From NCBI GenBank assembly GCA_000431315.1, contig HF989717.1:47925-111924 (forward strand): DNA of 64,000 nucleotides, in the 5' to 3' direction. The stretch is from Brachyspira sp. CAG:484 (lineage in GTDB: Bacteria; Cyanobacteriota; Vampirovibrionia; Gastranaerophilales; Gastranaerophilaceae). Shown piece after piece: positions 37,426 to 46,393 of the stretch. The translations under genes and the position numbers were made by a program. Within the stretch, counting starts at the first letter, position 1, and the number at the start of each line of letters is the position of its first letter. The notes beneath the pieces were generated by a model that worked only from the letters and a program-made list of their open reading frames with translations, searched no databases and was not told where the DNA came from.

Positions 37426-39423
37426 TTAATCTCCATATAAGTTGTAATATTCATCGCTTTTTATATAATCCGCAAGCCACTTTCTATCCTGCGGATTTGT
37501 TGTTCCGTTTGTCATCAACCATTCATATTTTTCATAATTTGAATTAAACATCGGCACGTTCATCTGCTGTTCACGAGGTGTTTGCTTATGTTCACGTTTC
37601 GGCTTTGGTTGTTCTTCTATTTCCAAAACAGGTTCCGGTTCAATTTCTAAAACCTGAAGTTCATCTTTAGTAAATGTCTTTTTAATTTGTTTGATAAGTC
37701 TGCTTTTAATTTTCTGTTGCTTTTGGTACTGCTGCTTGTATTCCTCCATATCTTTAACTGTGCCAAGAATATTTGCCATCGGATGCACTTTTTGTACCCT
37801 GTGAGCCACGCATAAAAATTCACCTTTCATTGAATAAACATGAACCTTTGAAAGGTCAAATAAACTGTAACGGACATAAACCTTATCCCGAAGTCCAAGG
37901 ATAACATCACTCCTGTAATGCATTCCGAGAAACGTTATTCCATGTTTATTTATCGTCCTTGATTCAGTTTTCATCATTAAATAATCAAGTGCAGATTTAT
38001 TAATATCTTGTTTCCGAACAGAGTTTAATACCTCTTGAATGCTTCTTGAACGATCATTAGGACAGGCTTTTTGATTTCTGTATTCAAGCCAGGCATTGAT
38101 ATATTTAATAACATCTTGTACTGTGGGAATATTTCCTTTTGTTTGTTGATTATGAAGTCGCAAATGCAAATTTTCATTTCTATTCATCCACGCAGGACGG
38201 TTTTCAATTGAAGTACCGATATAACTTGGCATAAGTTTTTCAAATTCTTCCTGAAAATCTAAGAAAAATCTTTCTATAACTTTTGCACGTGCATTGTATG
38301 GTTTAGCAAAAACGGAGTGAATACCTAAATTGGCATACACTCCGTTAAAACACTCCTCATCAAAATCCACATTCTGAAAGTATTTAGATTTAAATGCTTT
38401 TCCGTTATCCTGATAAACTACTTTAGGAATTATTCCGAGATTTAAAATAGCGTTCCTTAAAGCACTTGCAATACATTGAGTATTTTCTGTCATCATAATT
38501 TCATATCCTACGAGTGCTGTTGATTTCCAATCTAAAAAGCCGACCAGAGTTGCTCTAGTCGGCTTTCCTGTGAACGGATTTATTACCTGGAAGTTGAGAA
38601 CATGTCCGTCTGCAATTAACACATCTCCCACTTCAATTTTAGAAATATCTCTTTCTATATACGGTTCAACCTTATCGTGATACACTTTTTCACCCTCTCG
38701 TCTTAACACCCACTCCGCATAATGATTTCTTCTGAAATGCTCCGCAAACCTTTTAAAAGTTATATTACTCGGCAGAGCTTCTTCATCATATCCTTTTTTA
38801 ATCAATACTTGTTTTGCAAGTCTGATTGCCGTATTATATCCGAATTTATTCTGATGAAGTAAAAGAGCAAGCAGAACTTTTTTCATATTGTCATCTAAAA
38901 TGCTGTTATACTCACCTTGCTTTGTTATTTTGTATTGGGGTATTAGGGATTCTGCGTTGCCTGTTTTCTTGTAGGTTTGTATGTATCTTCTCAAAGTTCC
39001 GATTGAAATACTTCCCAAAAATTCGTATGCTTTTGGTAAATACAACCCGGAATTATACAGGTCTAAAAATTCCGTATCAGCTTCTTTTATTGTCGGATAT
39101 TTATTTCTATGTTCCAGTGCGGCTTTAACAATATTCATTCTGTGATTTGCCGTCAATCTTGCTTTATCCGTTACAGTCGGCGGTTTGTAATTAAGGGGAA
39201 CTATAGCCGTTGATTTGGTTTCGCATTCCCGAAGTTTTTGTTGTAATTCAGGTTCTAAACTTGAAAACAATATTTCGTATGACATTCCGCCGTTAACTTT
39301 GATTTCTCTTGAAATATATTTGCTTTCAGGTTTGTTTATTTCCATTCGGATTGAGCGGGTACTCTTTAATCCCTTAGCCTGTGCGATTTCTTTAATAGTT
39401 ACATATTCATTCATGGTACACAC
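37426..39423 (-). CDS. Mu/Tn552-type DDE transposase, second copy
   Basis: N-terminal HTH; VLIADGHVLNF (D), VYQDNGKAFKS (D), PYNARAKVIERFF (E); 665 aa. Confidence 0.65.
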   Translation of the reverse strand: MCTMNEYVTIKEIAQAKGLKSTRSIRMEINKPESKYISREIKVNGGMSYEILFSSLEPELQQKLRECETKSTAIVPLNYKPPTVTDKARLTANHRMNIVKAALEHRNKYPTIKEADTEFLDLYNSGLYLPKAYEFLGSISIGTLRRYIQTYKKTGNAESLIPQYKITKQGEYNSILDDNMKKVLLALLLHQNKFGYNTAIRLAKQVLIKKGYDEEALPSNITFKRFAEHFRRNHYAEWVLRREGEKVYHDKVEPYIERDISKIEVGDVLIADGHVLNFQVINPFTGKPTRATLVGFLDWKSTALVGYEIMMTENTQCIASALRNAILNLGIIPKVVYQDNGKAFKSKYFQNVDFDEECFNGVYANLGIHSVFAKPYNARAKVIERFFLDFQEEFEKLMPSYIGTSIENRPAWMNRNENLHLRLHNQQTKGNIPTVQDVIKYINAWLEYRNQKACPNDRSRSIQEVLNSVRKQDINKSALDYLMMKTESRTINKHGITFLGMHYRSDVILGLRDKVYVRYSLFDLSKVHVYSMKGEFLCVAHRVQKVHPMANILGTVKDMEEYKQQYQKQQKIKSRLIKQIKKTFTKDELQVLEIEPEPVLEIEEQPKPKREHKQTPREQQMNVPMFNSNYEKYEWLMTNGTTNPQDRKWLADYIKSDEYYNLYGD

Positions 39424-39640
39424 ACCTTAACTCGGAAGATGAAGAATTGGAACACCACTTCCGAGTATTGGCAACAACTCTTAACATACTTACGCAATCA
39501 AAGATTGCTTGTATGTTAGAGTTTTGCATCCATCATTCTAAGGCTCGCTATACCTCGCCAAGAATGAATGTATGTCGGTTTTATATCAATTGAAAAATTT
39601 AGCAGAGCAGCAGAATTTTCAAAAACCTCAAACGACTCAC

Positions 39641-39857
39641 TTTGCCCAAAATAATCAGACCATTTGAACCAAGCCTTGATTACCCTAAAACACAAGCAGA
39701 GAGAGGTCTGAAAGCCTTTTGCCTGAAATAATCACACCATCTGCACCGAGTAGAAAAAGAGTAAAAAGAGTAATTACGGTTCACATGGTTTGATTATTTC
39801 CTACCCCTGAAATCCGCTACACAAGCCGATTGCCCGAAATAATCGCACCATCTGTCA
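39641..39857. repeat. three direct ~28 bp subterminal repeats (candidate transposase-binding sites) plus one inverted partial copy
   Basis: TTTGCCCAAAATAATCAGACCATTTG (39641), TTTGCCTGAAATAATCACACCATCTG (39716), ATTGCCCGAAATAATCGCACCATCTG (39829); inverted partial ATGGTTTGATTATTTCC at ~39785. Confidence 0.6.
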
Positions 39858-39995
39858 TACGCAAACCACTCACTTTATTACAGTAATCATCAGGTTCCAA
39901 ATCTATAGAAACACAGGTATGCCCCTTATTAAGCAGCTCCTCTTTCAATATTGAACCGAAAAAGCCTGCACCGCCTGTAATTAAGTACGTACCCA
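39816..39995 (-). pseudogene. truncated N-terminus of NAD-dependent epimerase/dehydratase (possibly ADP-heptose epimerase-like), disrupted by element end
   Basis: AGGAGG RBS plus MGTYLITGGAGFFGSILKEELLNKGHTCVSIDLEPDDY (Rossmann GxxGxxG) then reads into the terminal repeat and stops after 59 aa. Confidence 0.5.
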
Positions 39996-40027
39996 TTTTT
40001 AACTTCCTCCGTTACTATCCTCGAAAC

Positions 40028-40062
40028 CTGTATTATACCTAATAAAAAAGCCTCCGAAGAGG
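40028..40062 (-). terminator. rho-independent terminator downstream of tRNA-His
   Basis: Minus strand reads GCCTCTTCGGAGGC followed by TTTTTT. Confidence 0.55.
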
Positions 40063-40075
40063 CAAATTTAATAAA

Positions 40076-40152
40076 TGGGGCGGATAGTGGGATTCGAACC
40101 CACGTATATCGGAACCACAATCCGAGGTCTTAACCACTTGACGATATCCGCC
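40076..40152 (-). tRNA. tRNA-His (anticodon GTG)
   Basis: Minus-strand cloverleaf: G-1 plus acceptor GCGGATA/TATCCGC, anticodon stem TCGGA/TCCGA with loop TTGTGGT, T-loop GTGGGTTCGAATCCCAC, encoded CCA. Confidence 0.8.
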
Positions 40153-40297
40153 ATACGTTACTTTATTATACTACCATGTAAATTTTTTTTGTCCAGAACT
40201 TTTTGCTGTTTTTATTCTCTAAAGCTTTTACACAAAAAAATACAAAATATTATTATAATATTTTGTATTTTTTATTTATTTAACTTTATACTAAAAC

Positions 40298-41047
40298 TTA
40301 GCTAATTCTTTGGAACATATATCCTATTCCGCGGGCTGTAAGGATAAGCTCAGGATTTGCAGGATCAGCTTCAAGTTTAGAACGAAGTCTTGAAATATGA
40401 ACATCAACAACACGGGTATCAATTCTGTGATCTGGCGGATAAGCCCATACATGCTGAAGGATTTCGTTTCTTGAAAATGCCTGTCCTGAATTGTTTACTA
40501 GTAGTTCAAGCAAGCTGAATTCCATACCGGTTAAACGAATTCTTTCATTCTTTCTAAATACCTGACGGCGTGCGGTATCAATCTTAATGTTACCGGTAGT
40601 AATAACATTTTTGGTAACTTTTCCGGACGGAGTAACAGTTTCTCTGTTGTTAGTTCTTCTTAAAACCGCTTTAACACGTGCTTCCAATTCTTTTGGAGAG
40701 AACGGTTTTATAACGTAATCATCTGCACCAAGCTCCAATCCTGTAATTCTTTCTGAAACATCTCCAAGTGCTGTAAGAATAATAATAGGAACATCTGCAG
40801 TTCTTCTGATTTCTCTGGTTACACCATAGCCGTCCATTTTCGGCATCATTACATCTAATACTACTAAATCAGGATTATATTTATTAAAAGCATTAACAGC
40901 TTCTTCGCCATCTGCCGCTGTTACTACATCATAACCAGCCATTTTTAACCTTGTTTCCAAAATACGTCTAATACTTGCTTCGTCATCTGCGAGCAGAATT
41001 CTTTGACGGTCTTCTGTATCATTAGGCATTTCAACATTTTCTGTCAT
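40298..41047 (-). CDS. OmpR-family response regulator (cyanobacterial RpaB/Ycf27-like)
   Basis: Receiver domain LADDEASIRRILETRL...DLVVLDVMMPKMDGYGV...ILTALGDVSERITGLELGADDYVIKPFSPKELEAR plus winged-helix output. Confidence 0.8.
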   Translation of the reverse strand: MTENVEMPNDTEDRQRILLADDEASIRRILETRLKMAGYDVVTAADGEEAVNAFNKYNPDLVVLDVMMPKMDGYGVTREIRRTADVPIIILTALGDVSERITGLELGADDYVIKPFSPKELEARVKAVLRRTNNRETVTPSGKVTKNVITTGNIKIDTARRQVFRKNERIRLTGMEFSLLELLVNNSGQAFSRNEILQHVWAYPPDHRIDTRVVDVHISRLRSKLEADPANPELILTARGIGYMFQRIS

Positions 41048-41217
41048 AGTCTTTTCTTTTCCTTACGTTAATAATCTAACACCTATACTACCAATTAATA
41101 TAATTAAGATATAAATATTACAAAATATTTATTTTTTTTAATAATTATAACGTTATATTAACCTAATTTTACAAAAAATGCAAGCACTTTTTATAACTTT
41201 TTGGAATTTCCGCAAAA

Positions 41218-41907
41218 TTATTTGGTTAGATAAACGCTTGAACAGCTTAAGCCGTTACTGTCTGGTGTGCAATCACCATTCTTGTTGAAGTCTGCCATAA
41301 ACTCATATGCAAGAGGCTTAACTGCTTTATCCATTACATACAATACGTATATATCTTTCCCAAATGTATTTGGCTTTTTAAGTCCGTTTACATCTAAAGT
41401 AATCCAGCCGCATCGCTTATAATTAAATTGCCCTTCATCATCAAAGGTACAATTCGCACTATCTAAATAAAATAACAATACACTGCCGTTTGCAAGTACA
41501 ATTGTGGAAGAAGAAGCATTCAGATAACTGCTTGATGCTGGTGTACCGTTTAAGTGTTTTATTTGACTAAATTCCGGAAAGCAGCTTGTTTTCTTGTCAG
41601 TGTTGTACGGTTCTTCGCAGGTACGGATGCTTTTGAATTTTGTGGCAAATGTATCCCTAAAACAGGCATTTTTTGTATTTCCTAAACTTTCTTTCGCACA
41701 GTGTTCAATACTATAGGCGAAATTACCGTTTTCAGCTGCAAGTGCGCTATGTGCTTGTGAAAGTATTGAATAGTCTTCTTTTAGCTGTGCTATATAATGT
41801 TTCATATTTATTTTGCTGATTAAGGCAGGCAATGTCATTGCACAGACTATGCCTATTATTGCTAAAGTTATTAATACTTCTGCAAGTGTAAAAGCCTTTT
41901 TGTCCAT
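41218..41907 (-). CDS. type IV pilin-like protein (prepilin N-terminal methylation domain)
   Basis: MDKKAFTLAEVLITLAIIGIVCAMTLPAL class III signal / N-methylation motif. Confidence 0.6.
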   Translation of the reverse strand: MDKKAFTLAEVLITLAIIGIVCAMTLPALISKINMKHYIAQLKEDYSILSQAHSALAAENGNFAYSIEHCAKESLGNTKNACFRDTFATKFKSIRTCEEPYNTDKKTSCFPEFSQIKHLNGTPASSSYLNASSSTIVLANGSVLLFYLDSANCTFDDEGQFNYKRCGWITLDVNGLKKPNTFGKDIYVLYVMDKAVKPLAYEFMADFNKNGDCTPDSNGLSCSSVYLTK

Positions 41908-41973
41908 CTTCTTTCCTCCAAATGTGATGTATTACTTCATAGTATATCCATCATAATACAAGACAATATAAAT

Positions 41974-42195
41974 ATGCAAAAATATGAAGTAATGTATCAC
42001 AAAATAATTTCCGCAAATATCAAAAAACTCCGTAAAGAGGCGAAACTTTCGCAGGAAGAATTTGCAGAAATGGTGAATTGCTCCAGAGAATTCATAAGCA
42101 GGGTTGAAAACCTTAAAGAAAAAGTTAGCTTAAAAATGCTGCTTAAACTTTCAGAACTCTTTAAGGTTAGTCCGAAATATTTTTTTGACAAATGA
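41974..42195 (+). CDS. XRE-family HTH transcriptional regulator
   Basis: LRKEAKLSQEEFAEMVNCSREFISRVEN HTH. Confidence 0.5.
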   Translation: MQKYEVMYHKIISANIKKLRKEAKLSQEEFAEMVNCSREFISRVENLKEKVSLKMLLKLSELFKVSPKYFFDK

Positions 42196-42250
42196 GCAGC
42201 TAAACTGCGGGTAGTGCAGGTGTAAAGCTGCGATACCGGATTATCGAAAA

Positions 42251-42985
42251 TTAAAGTTTGCTGCTGACTATTTGTTTAAATTTTTCTAGATCCTCAAGGG
42301 TATCAATACCTACCGGCACAAAGTCAACTACTGATGTTTTTATTTTCATGCCGTTTTCGAGAGCTCTTAGCTGCTCAAGGCTTTCTGTTTTTTCCAAAGG
42401 TGTTTGCGGCAGTGAAGTCATTTTTAACAATGCCTCACGTTTATAGCCGTAAATTCCCAGATGTCCGTAAAATGTTGCGACTCCGGTATTTCTCTCATAA
42501 GGAATTTTCGAACGGGAAAAATACATTGCAAAACCGTTATTATCAATTACACATTTTACCAGGTTCGGATTATTAATTTCTTCTTCTGTTTTCAAAACCC
42601 TAATCAGGGTAGATATATCAGCTTTTTCATCTTCCTGAACATTTCTTGCTACAGCATCAATGCTATCCGGTTTTATGAGAGGCTCATCGCCCTGAAGGTT
42701 TACAATGTAGGATATTTCAGGATGTCTTTCTACGACTTCTCTTATTCTGTCGGAGCCGCATTTATGGTCGACAGATGTCATCTCTACTTTTCCGCCAAAT
42801 GCTTTTACCGCGTTGAAAATTCTTTCATCATCGGTTGCAACAATAATCATATCGGCAAGTTTTGAGGCTTGCGCTTTTTCATAAACCCATTGAATAATAG
42901 GTTTGCCGTTAACTTCAATAAGCGGTTTCCCTTCCAGTCTGGATGAGCCGTAACGTGCAGGTATAATTATTGCTGTTTTTCCCAT
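42251..42985 (-). CDS. kdsB: 3-deoxy-manno-octulosonate cytidylyltransferase
   Basis: N-terminal AIIIPARYGSSRLEGKPL and overall KdsB architecture, 244 aa. Confidence 0.8.
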   Translation of the reverse strand: MGKTAIIIPARYGSSRLEGKPLIEVNGKPIIQWVYEKAQASKLADMIIVATDDERIFNAVKAFGGKVEMTSVDHKCGSDRIREVVERHPEISYIVNLQGDEPLIKPDSIDAVARNVQEDEKADISTLIRVLKTEEEINNPNLVKCVIDNNGFAMYFSRSKIPYERNTGVATFYGHLGIYGYKREALLKMTSLPQTPLEKTESLEQLRALENGMKIKTSVVDFVPVGIDTLEDLEKFKQIVSSKL

Positions 42986-43091
42986 TTTTTCTCCTTGTAT
43001 GTTATTAATGTTATAAAGGTTATAACAAATTTTGCCTCGAAGTGATAGTTTTAGCCTGGCAGACCAGTGACTTGGAAATTAAATATTATTT

Positions 43092-43982
43092 TTATTTTTT
43101 TACAACTAGTGCAACCCACTGATTCTGGTGCATCTCTTCTACTAGTTCAAGGTTATGCTTTTTTATTGCATCAAGTACAACAGATTTCTTTTCATCTAAA
43201 ATTCCGGATAAAACCATATAAGCTTCATCTTTCATTATTGCCTTTAAATCTCCCATAATTTCAGCTAAGACATTATGTAAAATATTTGCCAGAACAAAAT
43301 CAAATTGTCTGTTTATTTTATCTGCTGTATTAAGCTCAAATACACATTCAACATTGTTTTTTAAAGCATTTTCTTTGGCTACATCAATAACGGTTTCATC
43401 GTTGTCACAGCCGTAAGCATACTTTGCACCTGATTTTTTCGCGCATATAGCAAGAATTCCAGACCCCATACCAATGTCTGCTATATCAGCATTGTCCGGC
43501 ATATACTTTTCAATTGCTTTCATACAAAGCTGTGTTGTAGAGTGCGTTCCTGTACCAAAAGCACAGCCCGGTTCAAGTTTTATTATAACTTCATCTCTGC
43601 GCTGCGGCGCATATTCAATCCAGTCCGGAACAACCGTAATTCTGTCAGAAACATGGGTTACATCCCATTTTTCTTTCCATTTTTTAGACCAGTCTTCATT
43701 TTCCTTTTCCGCGTATGAAAATTCCCAGCTGCCAAGTTCCTCATCACTAAGTCCGCGTGATTTAAGAAGTTCGCGCTGTTCTTTTAGAATATGTTCAACA
43801 TCAGCTTTTTCTGTAAGAAAAACACGCAGTGTCCCTTCTGTTGTTGACATCATTTCAAGGTCTTTATACTCTTCTTCTGCAAGAACAACGCCTTCGCAAG
43901 GAAGATTTTCAAAGCAAATATCTGATACGATGTCCTCAATATCAGGGTTTATTTTTATTTGTAATTCATAATATGAGCTCAT
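43092..43982 (-). CDS. prmA: ribosomal protein L11 methyltransferase
   Basis: 296 aa, SAM motif DIGMGSGILAI, PrmA-like N-terminal domain. Confidence 0.7.
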   Translation of the reverse strand: MSSYYELQIKINPDIEDIVSDICFENLPCEGVVLAEEEYKDLEMMSTTEGTLRVFLTEKADVEHILKEQRELLKSRGLSDEELGSWEFSYAEKENEDWSKKWKEKWDVTHVSDRITVVPDWIEYAPQRRDEVIIKLEPGCAFGTGTHSTTQLCMKAIEKYMPDNADIADIGMGSGILAICAKKSGAKYAYGCDNDETVIDVAKENALKNNVECVFELNTADKINRQFDFVLANILHNVLAEIMGDLKAIMKDEAYMVLSGILDEKKSVVLDAIKKHNLELVEEMHQNQWVALVVKK

Positions 43983-43985
43983 AAG

Positions 43986-44939
43986 CTACTCCAGAAAAGC
44001 TCCCATTTTACGGAACTTATCGTATCTTTGTGATTTTAGTTCAGGAGCAGAGTATTTAGAAAGCTCTTCAATGCTTTCAAGAATAGTTTTTTTCATTTCG
44101 CTGCAAACAAGTTCATAATCATTGTGAGCTCCGCCGAGAGGTTCTTTGATTGCTCCGTCAATAATCCCGAATTTCATCAAATCCGGAGCAGTGATTTTTA
44201 AAGCTTCAGCTGCATCGCTTGCGCGGGAAGCATCACGCCATAATATAGATGCACAACCTTCAGGAGAGATTACTGTATAATATGCGTGTTCCAGCAGGAA
44301 AACCTTATTTGCTACCGCTAAACCGAGTGCACCGCCTGAACAGCCTTCTCCGGTAATAATAGCAATAACCGGAACATCGAGCTTAGCCATTTCTCTGAGG
44401 TTAACTGCAATTGCAATACCCTGTCCTGTCTGTTCTGCGCTAATACCAGGATAAGCCCCCGGAGTATCAATAAGGGTAACAATAGGCATTTTAAACTTGT
44501 TAGCATGTTTAAACAGCCTTAACGCTTTTCTGTAACCCTGCGGCTGAGGCATACCAAAATTGTATTCCAAATTTTCTTTAGTAGATTTACCTTTCATTGT
44601 TCCGACAATCATTACCGGTTTGCCGTCAATTTTTGCCAGACCGCCAATAATAGCTCTATCATCCATCCCTTCTCTGTCGCCATGGAGTTCAATAAAATCT
44701 GTGCAAATATTATTTACGTAATCAAGAAAGTTTGGTCTTTCAGGGTGGCGCGCTATCTGTAATTTTTGCGCAGGTTTAAGATTTTCATACAGGTCTTTTT
44801 TGTAATCTTCTGCCTGCTGTTCAAATGTTTCTATTTCTTTATTTAAATCCATGCCGGACTCCATGCTTATTTTTTTTAATTCTTCTATTTTTTCCTGAAT
44901 TTCCATAATCGGTTTTTCAAAATCCAATACTGTTGTCAT
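43986..44939 (-). CDS. accA: acetyl-CoA carboxylase carboxyltransferase alpha subunit
   Basis: 317 aa, LDFEKPI...KIEEL N-terminus, conserved CT-alpha core (PTPGAYPG, GEGGSGGALG). Confidence 0.85.
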   Translation of the reverse strand: MTTVLDFEKPIMEIQEKIEELKKISMESGMDLNKEIETFEQQAEDYKKDLYENLKPAQKLQIARHPERPNFLDYVNNICTDFIELHGDREGMDDRAIIGGLAKIDGKPVMIVGTMKGKSTKENLEYNFGMPQPQGYRKALRLFKHANKFKMPIVTLIDTPGAYPGISAEQTGQGIAIAVNLREMAKLDVPVIAIITGEGCSGGALGLAVANKVFLLEHAYYTVISPEGCASILWRDASRASDAAEALKITAPDLMKFGIIDGAIKEPLGGAHNDYELVCSEMKKTILESIEELSKYSAPELKSQRYDKFRKMGAFLE

Positions 44940-44969
44940 AGTACATCCTTTTTCTCATTAAACGTCTGA

Positions 44970-45833
44970 TTAACTGTGCATAGCCAAGATATTTCCGAGC
45001 GTTTTTCTCAAATCTTTGCGTTTAGAAACAACATCAACCTGCCCGTATTTCAGAAGGTATTCTGCTGTTTGGAAATCTGACGGTAATTTTTGTCTGATTG
45101 TCTGTTCGATAACTCTTCTTCCTGCAAACCCTACTCTTGCGCCCTGTTCTGCAACAATAATATCTCCGAGCATACCAAAGCTTGCTGTTACACCGCCAAA
45201 AGTCGGCTCAGTAATAAGATTAATATAAAGCAGTCCTTCATCGTCAAGTTTTGCACAGGCGCAGGAAGTCTTTGCCATTTGCATAAGGCTTAATGCGCTT
45301 TCCTGCATTCTTGCACCGCCGGAAGATGTGATTGCAAGAACAGGAAGCCTCAATTCGATTGCCTTTTCAATCAATCGGGTAACCTTTTCTCCTACAACAC
45401 TGCCCATTGAACCGCCCATAAAATCAAAATCCATTACTGCTGCGGCTACAGGATGCCCTTCTATTTTTGCAATCCCTGTTACAACTGCGTCATTAAGGTT
45501 AGTTTTTTTCTGTGCTTTTTCTATTCTGTCTTTGTAAGATTCTGTATCAACAAAGTCCAGAGGATCTGTAGGTTTAATTTCTGAAAACAATTCTTCAAAA
45601 GAGTTTTCATCAAACAATTGCTTAATTCTTTTTTTATTATTTATTCTGAAGTGGTAATCGCAAACTGGACATACCATATCATTATTAGCCAAATCTTCTT
45701 TTAAAAGCTGTGCATCACAGTGAACACATTTTACCCACAAATCAGGATTTTGTTCAACTTCCGCTCTAGCTTCCAGCGCCCTTCTTTGAATTTGGGCTTC
45801 TTTACGTTTTTCAAACCAATCTTGAATAGTCAT
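44970..45833 (-). CDS. accD: acetyl-CoA carboxylase carboxyltransferase beta subunit
   Basis: N-terminal zinc ribbon CVHCDAQL...CPVCDYH, CT-beta core. Confidence 0.85.
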   Translation of the reverse strand: MTIQDWFEKRKEAQIQRRALEARAEVEQNPDLWVKCVHCDAQLLKEDLANNDMVCPVCDYHFRINNKKRIKQLFDENSFEELFSEIKPTDPLDFVDTESYKDRIEKAQKKTNLNDAVVTGIAKIEGHPVAAAVMDFDFMGGSMGSVVGEKVTRLIEKAIELRLPVLAITSSGGARMQESALSLMQMAKTSCACAKLDDEGLLYINLITEPTFGGVTASFGMLGDIIVAEQGARVGFAGRRVIEQTIRQKLPSDFQTAEYLLKYGQVDVVSKRKDLRKTLGNILAMHS

Positions 45834-45914
45834 TTATTCTTATCCCTATCAATTTATTACGACTTAATTATACAATAAAAAACTTTAATGGCAACTTAGT
45901 TCACAATTGACACA

Positions 45915-46367
45915 TTAGCAGCTAATTTTGGATGCACGCTGCATTTCGCGGGTTTGGGTTTTTCTGGCAATATCTTCACGTTTATCGTGGAGTTTTTTAC
46001 CTTTTGCCAAGCCTATTTCAATTTTAGCTAATCCCTGTTTAAAGTAAACCTCCAACGGGACAATTGTGTAGCCTTCTTTTTTTACTTTTGTCTGCATTTT
46101 CAGGATTTCTTTTTTAGTTAAAAGAAGTTTTCTTGTCCGTTTCGGTTCGTGGTTATACCTGTTGCCGTTCTCGTAAGGCGAGATGTGGCAGTTGTATAGA
46201 AAAATTTCATTGTCATCAATTTTACAAAAGCTGTCTTTCAGATTAATTGCACCTGCTCGGATTGATTTTATTTCTGTTCCGCTCAGCACAATACCGGCTT
46301 CATATTTTTCAAAAATAATGAAGTCATGAAAGGCTTTTCTGTTTGTTGTGACAACTTTTCTATCCAT
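45915..46367 (-). CDS. smpB: SsrA-binding protein
   Basis: 150 aa, NRKAFHDF...GIVLSGTEIKSIR...LLLTKKEI SmpB signature. Confidence 0.85.
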   Translation of the reverse strand: MDRKVVTTNRKAFHDFIIFEKYEAGIVLSGTEIKSIRAGAINLKDSFCKIDDNEIFLYNCHISPYENGNRYNHEPKRTRKLLLTKKEILKMQTKVKKEGYTIVPLEVYFKQGLAKIEIGLAKGKKLHDKREDIARKTQTREMQRASKISC

Positions 46368-46393
46368 AATAAAATTTTAGCATAAACAAGTTT

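Noticed and set aside
36054-39423. Tn7-like or CRISPR-associated transposon (TnsB-TnsC-TniQ plus Cas) next to a tRNA
   Set aside because: No TnsA, TniQ-like zinc-finger protein, Cas effector or CRISPR array in the window. The third gene looks like a winged-helix protein, and the element end lies inside an epimerase gene rather than at a fixed distance downstream of the tRNA.
40076-40152. tRNA-His as the integrase attB for the prophage
   Set aside because: A truncated host epimerase gene and a tRNA terminator lie between the tRNA and the element end. The junction looks transpositional, and the tyrosine recombinase is at the opposite end of the region.
39929-40305. ORFs 39929-40120 (minus) and 40075-40305 (plus)
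   Set aside because: They overlap the tRNA-His gene and its terminator and the AT-rich intergenic region, so they are not credible coding sequences.
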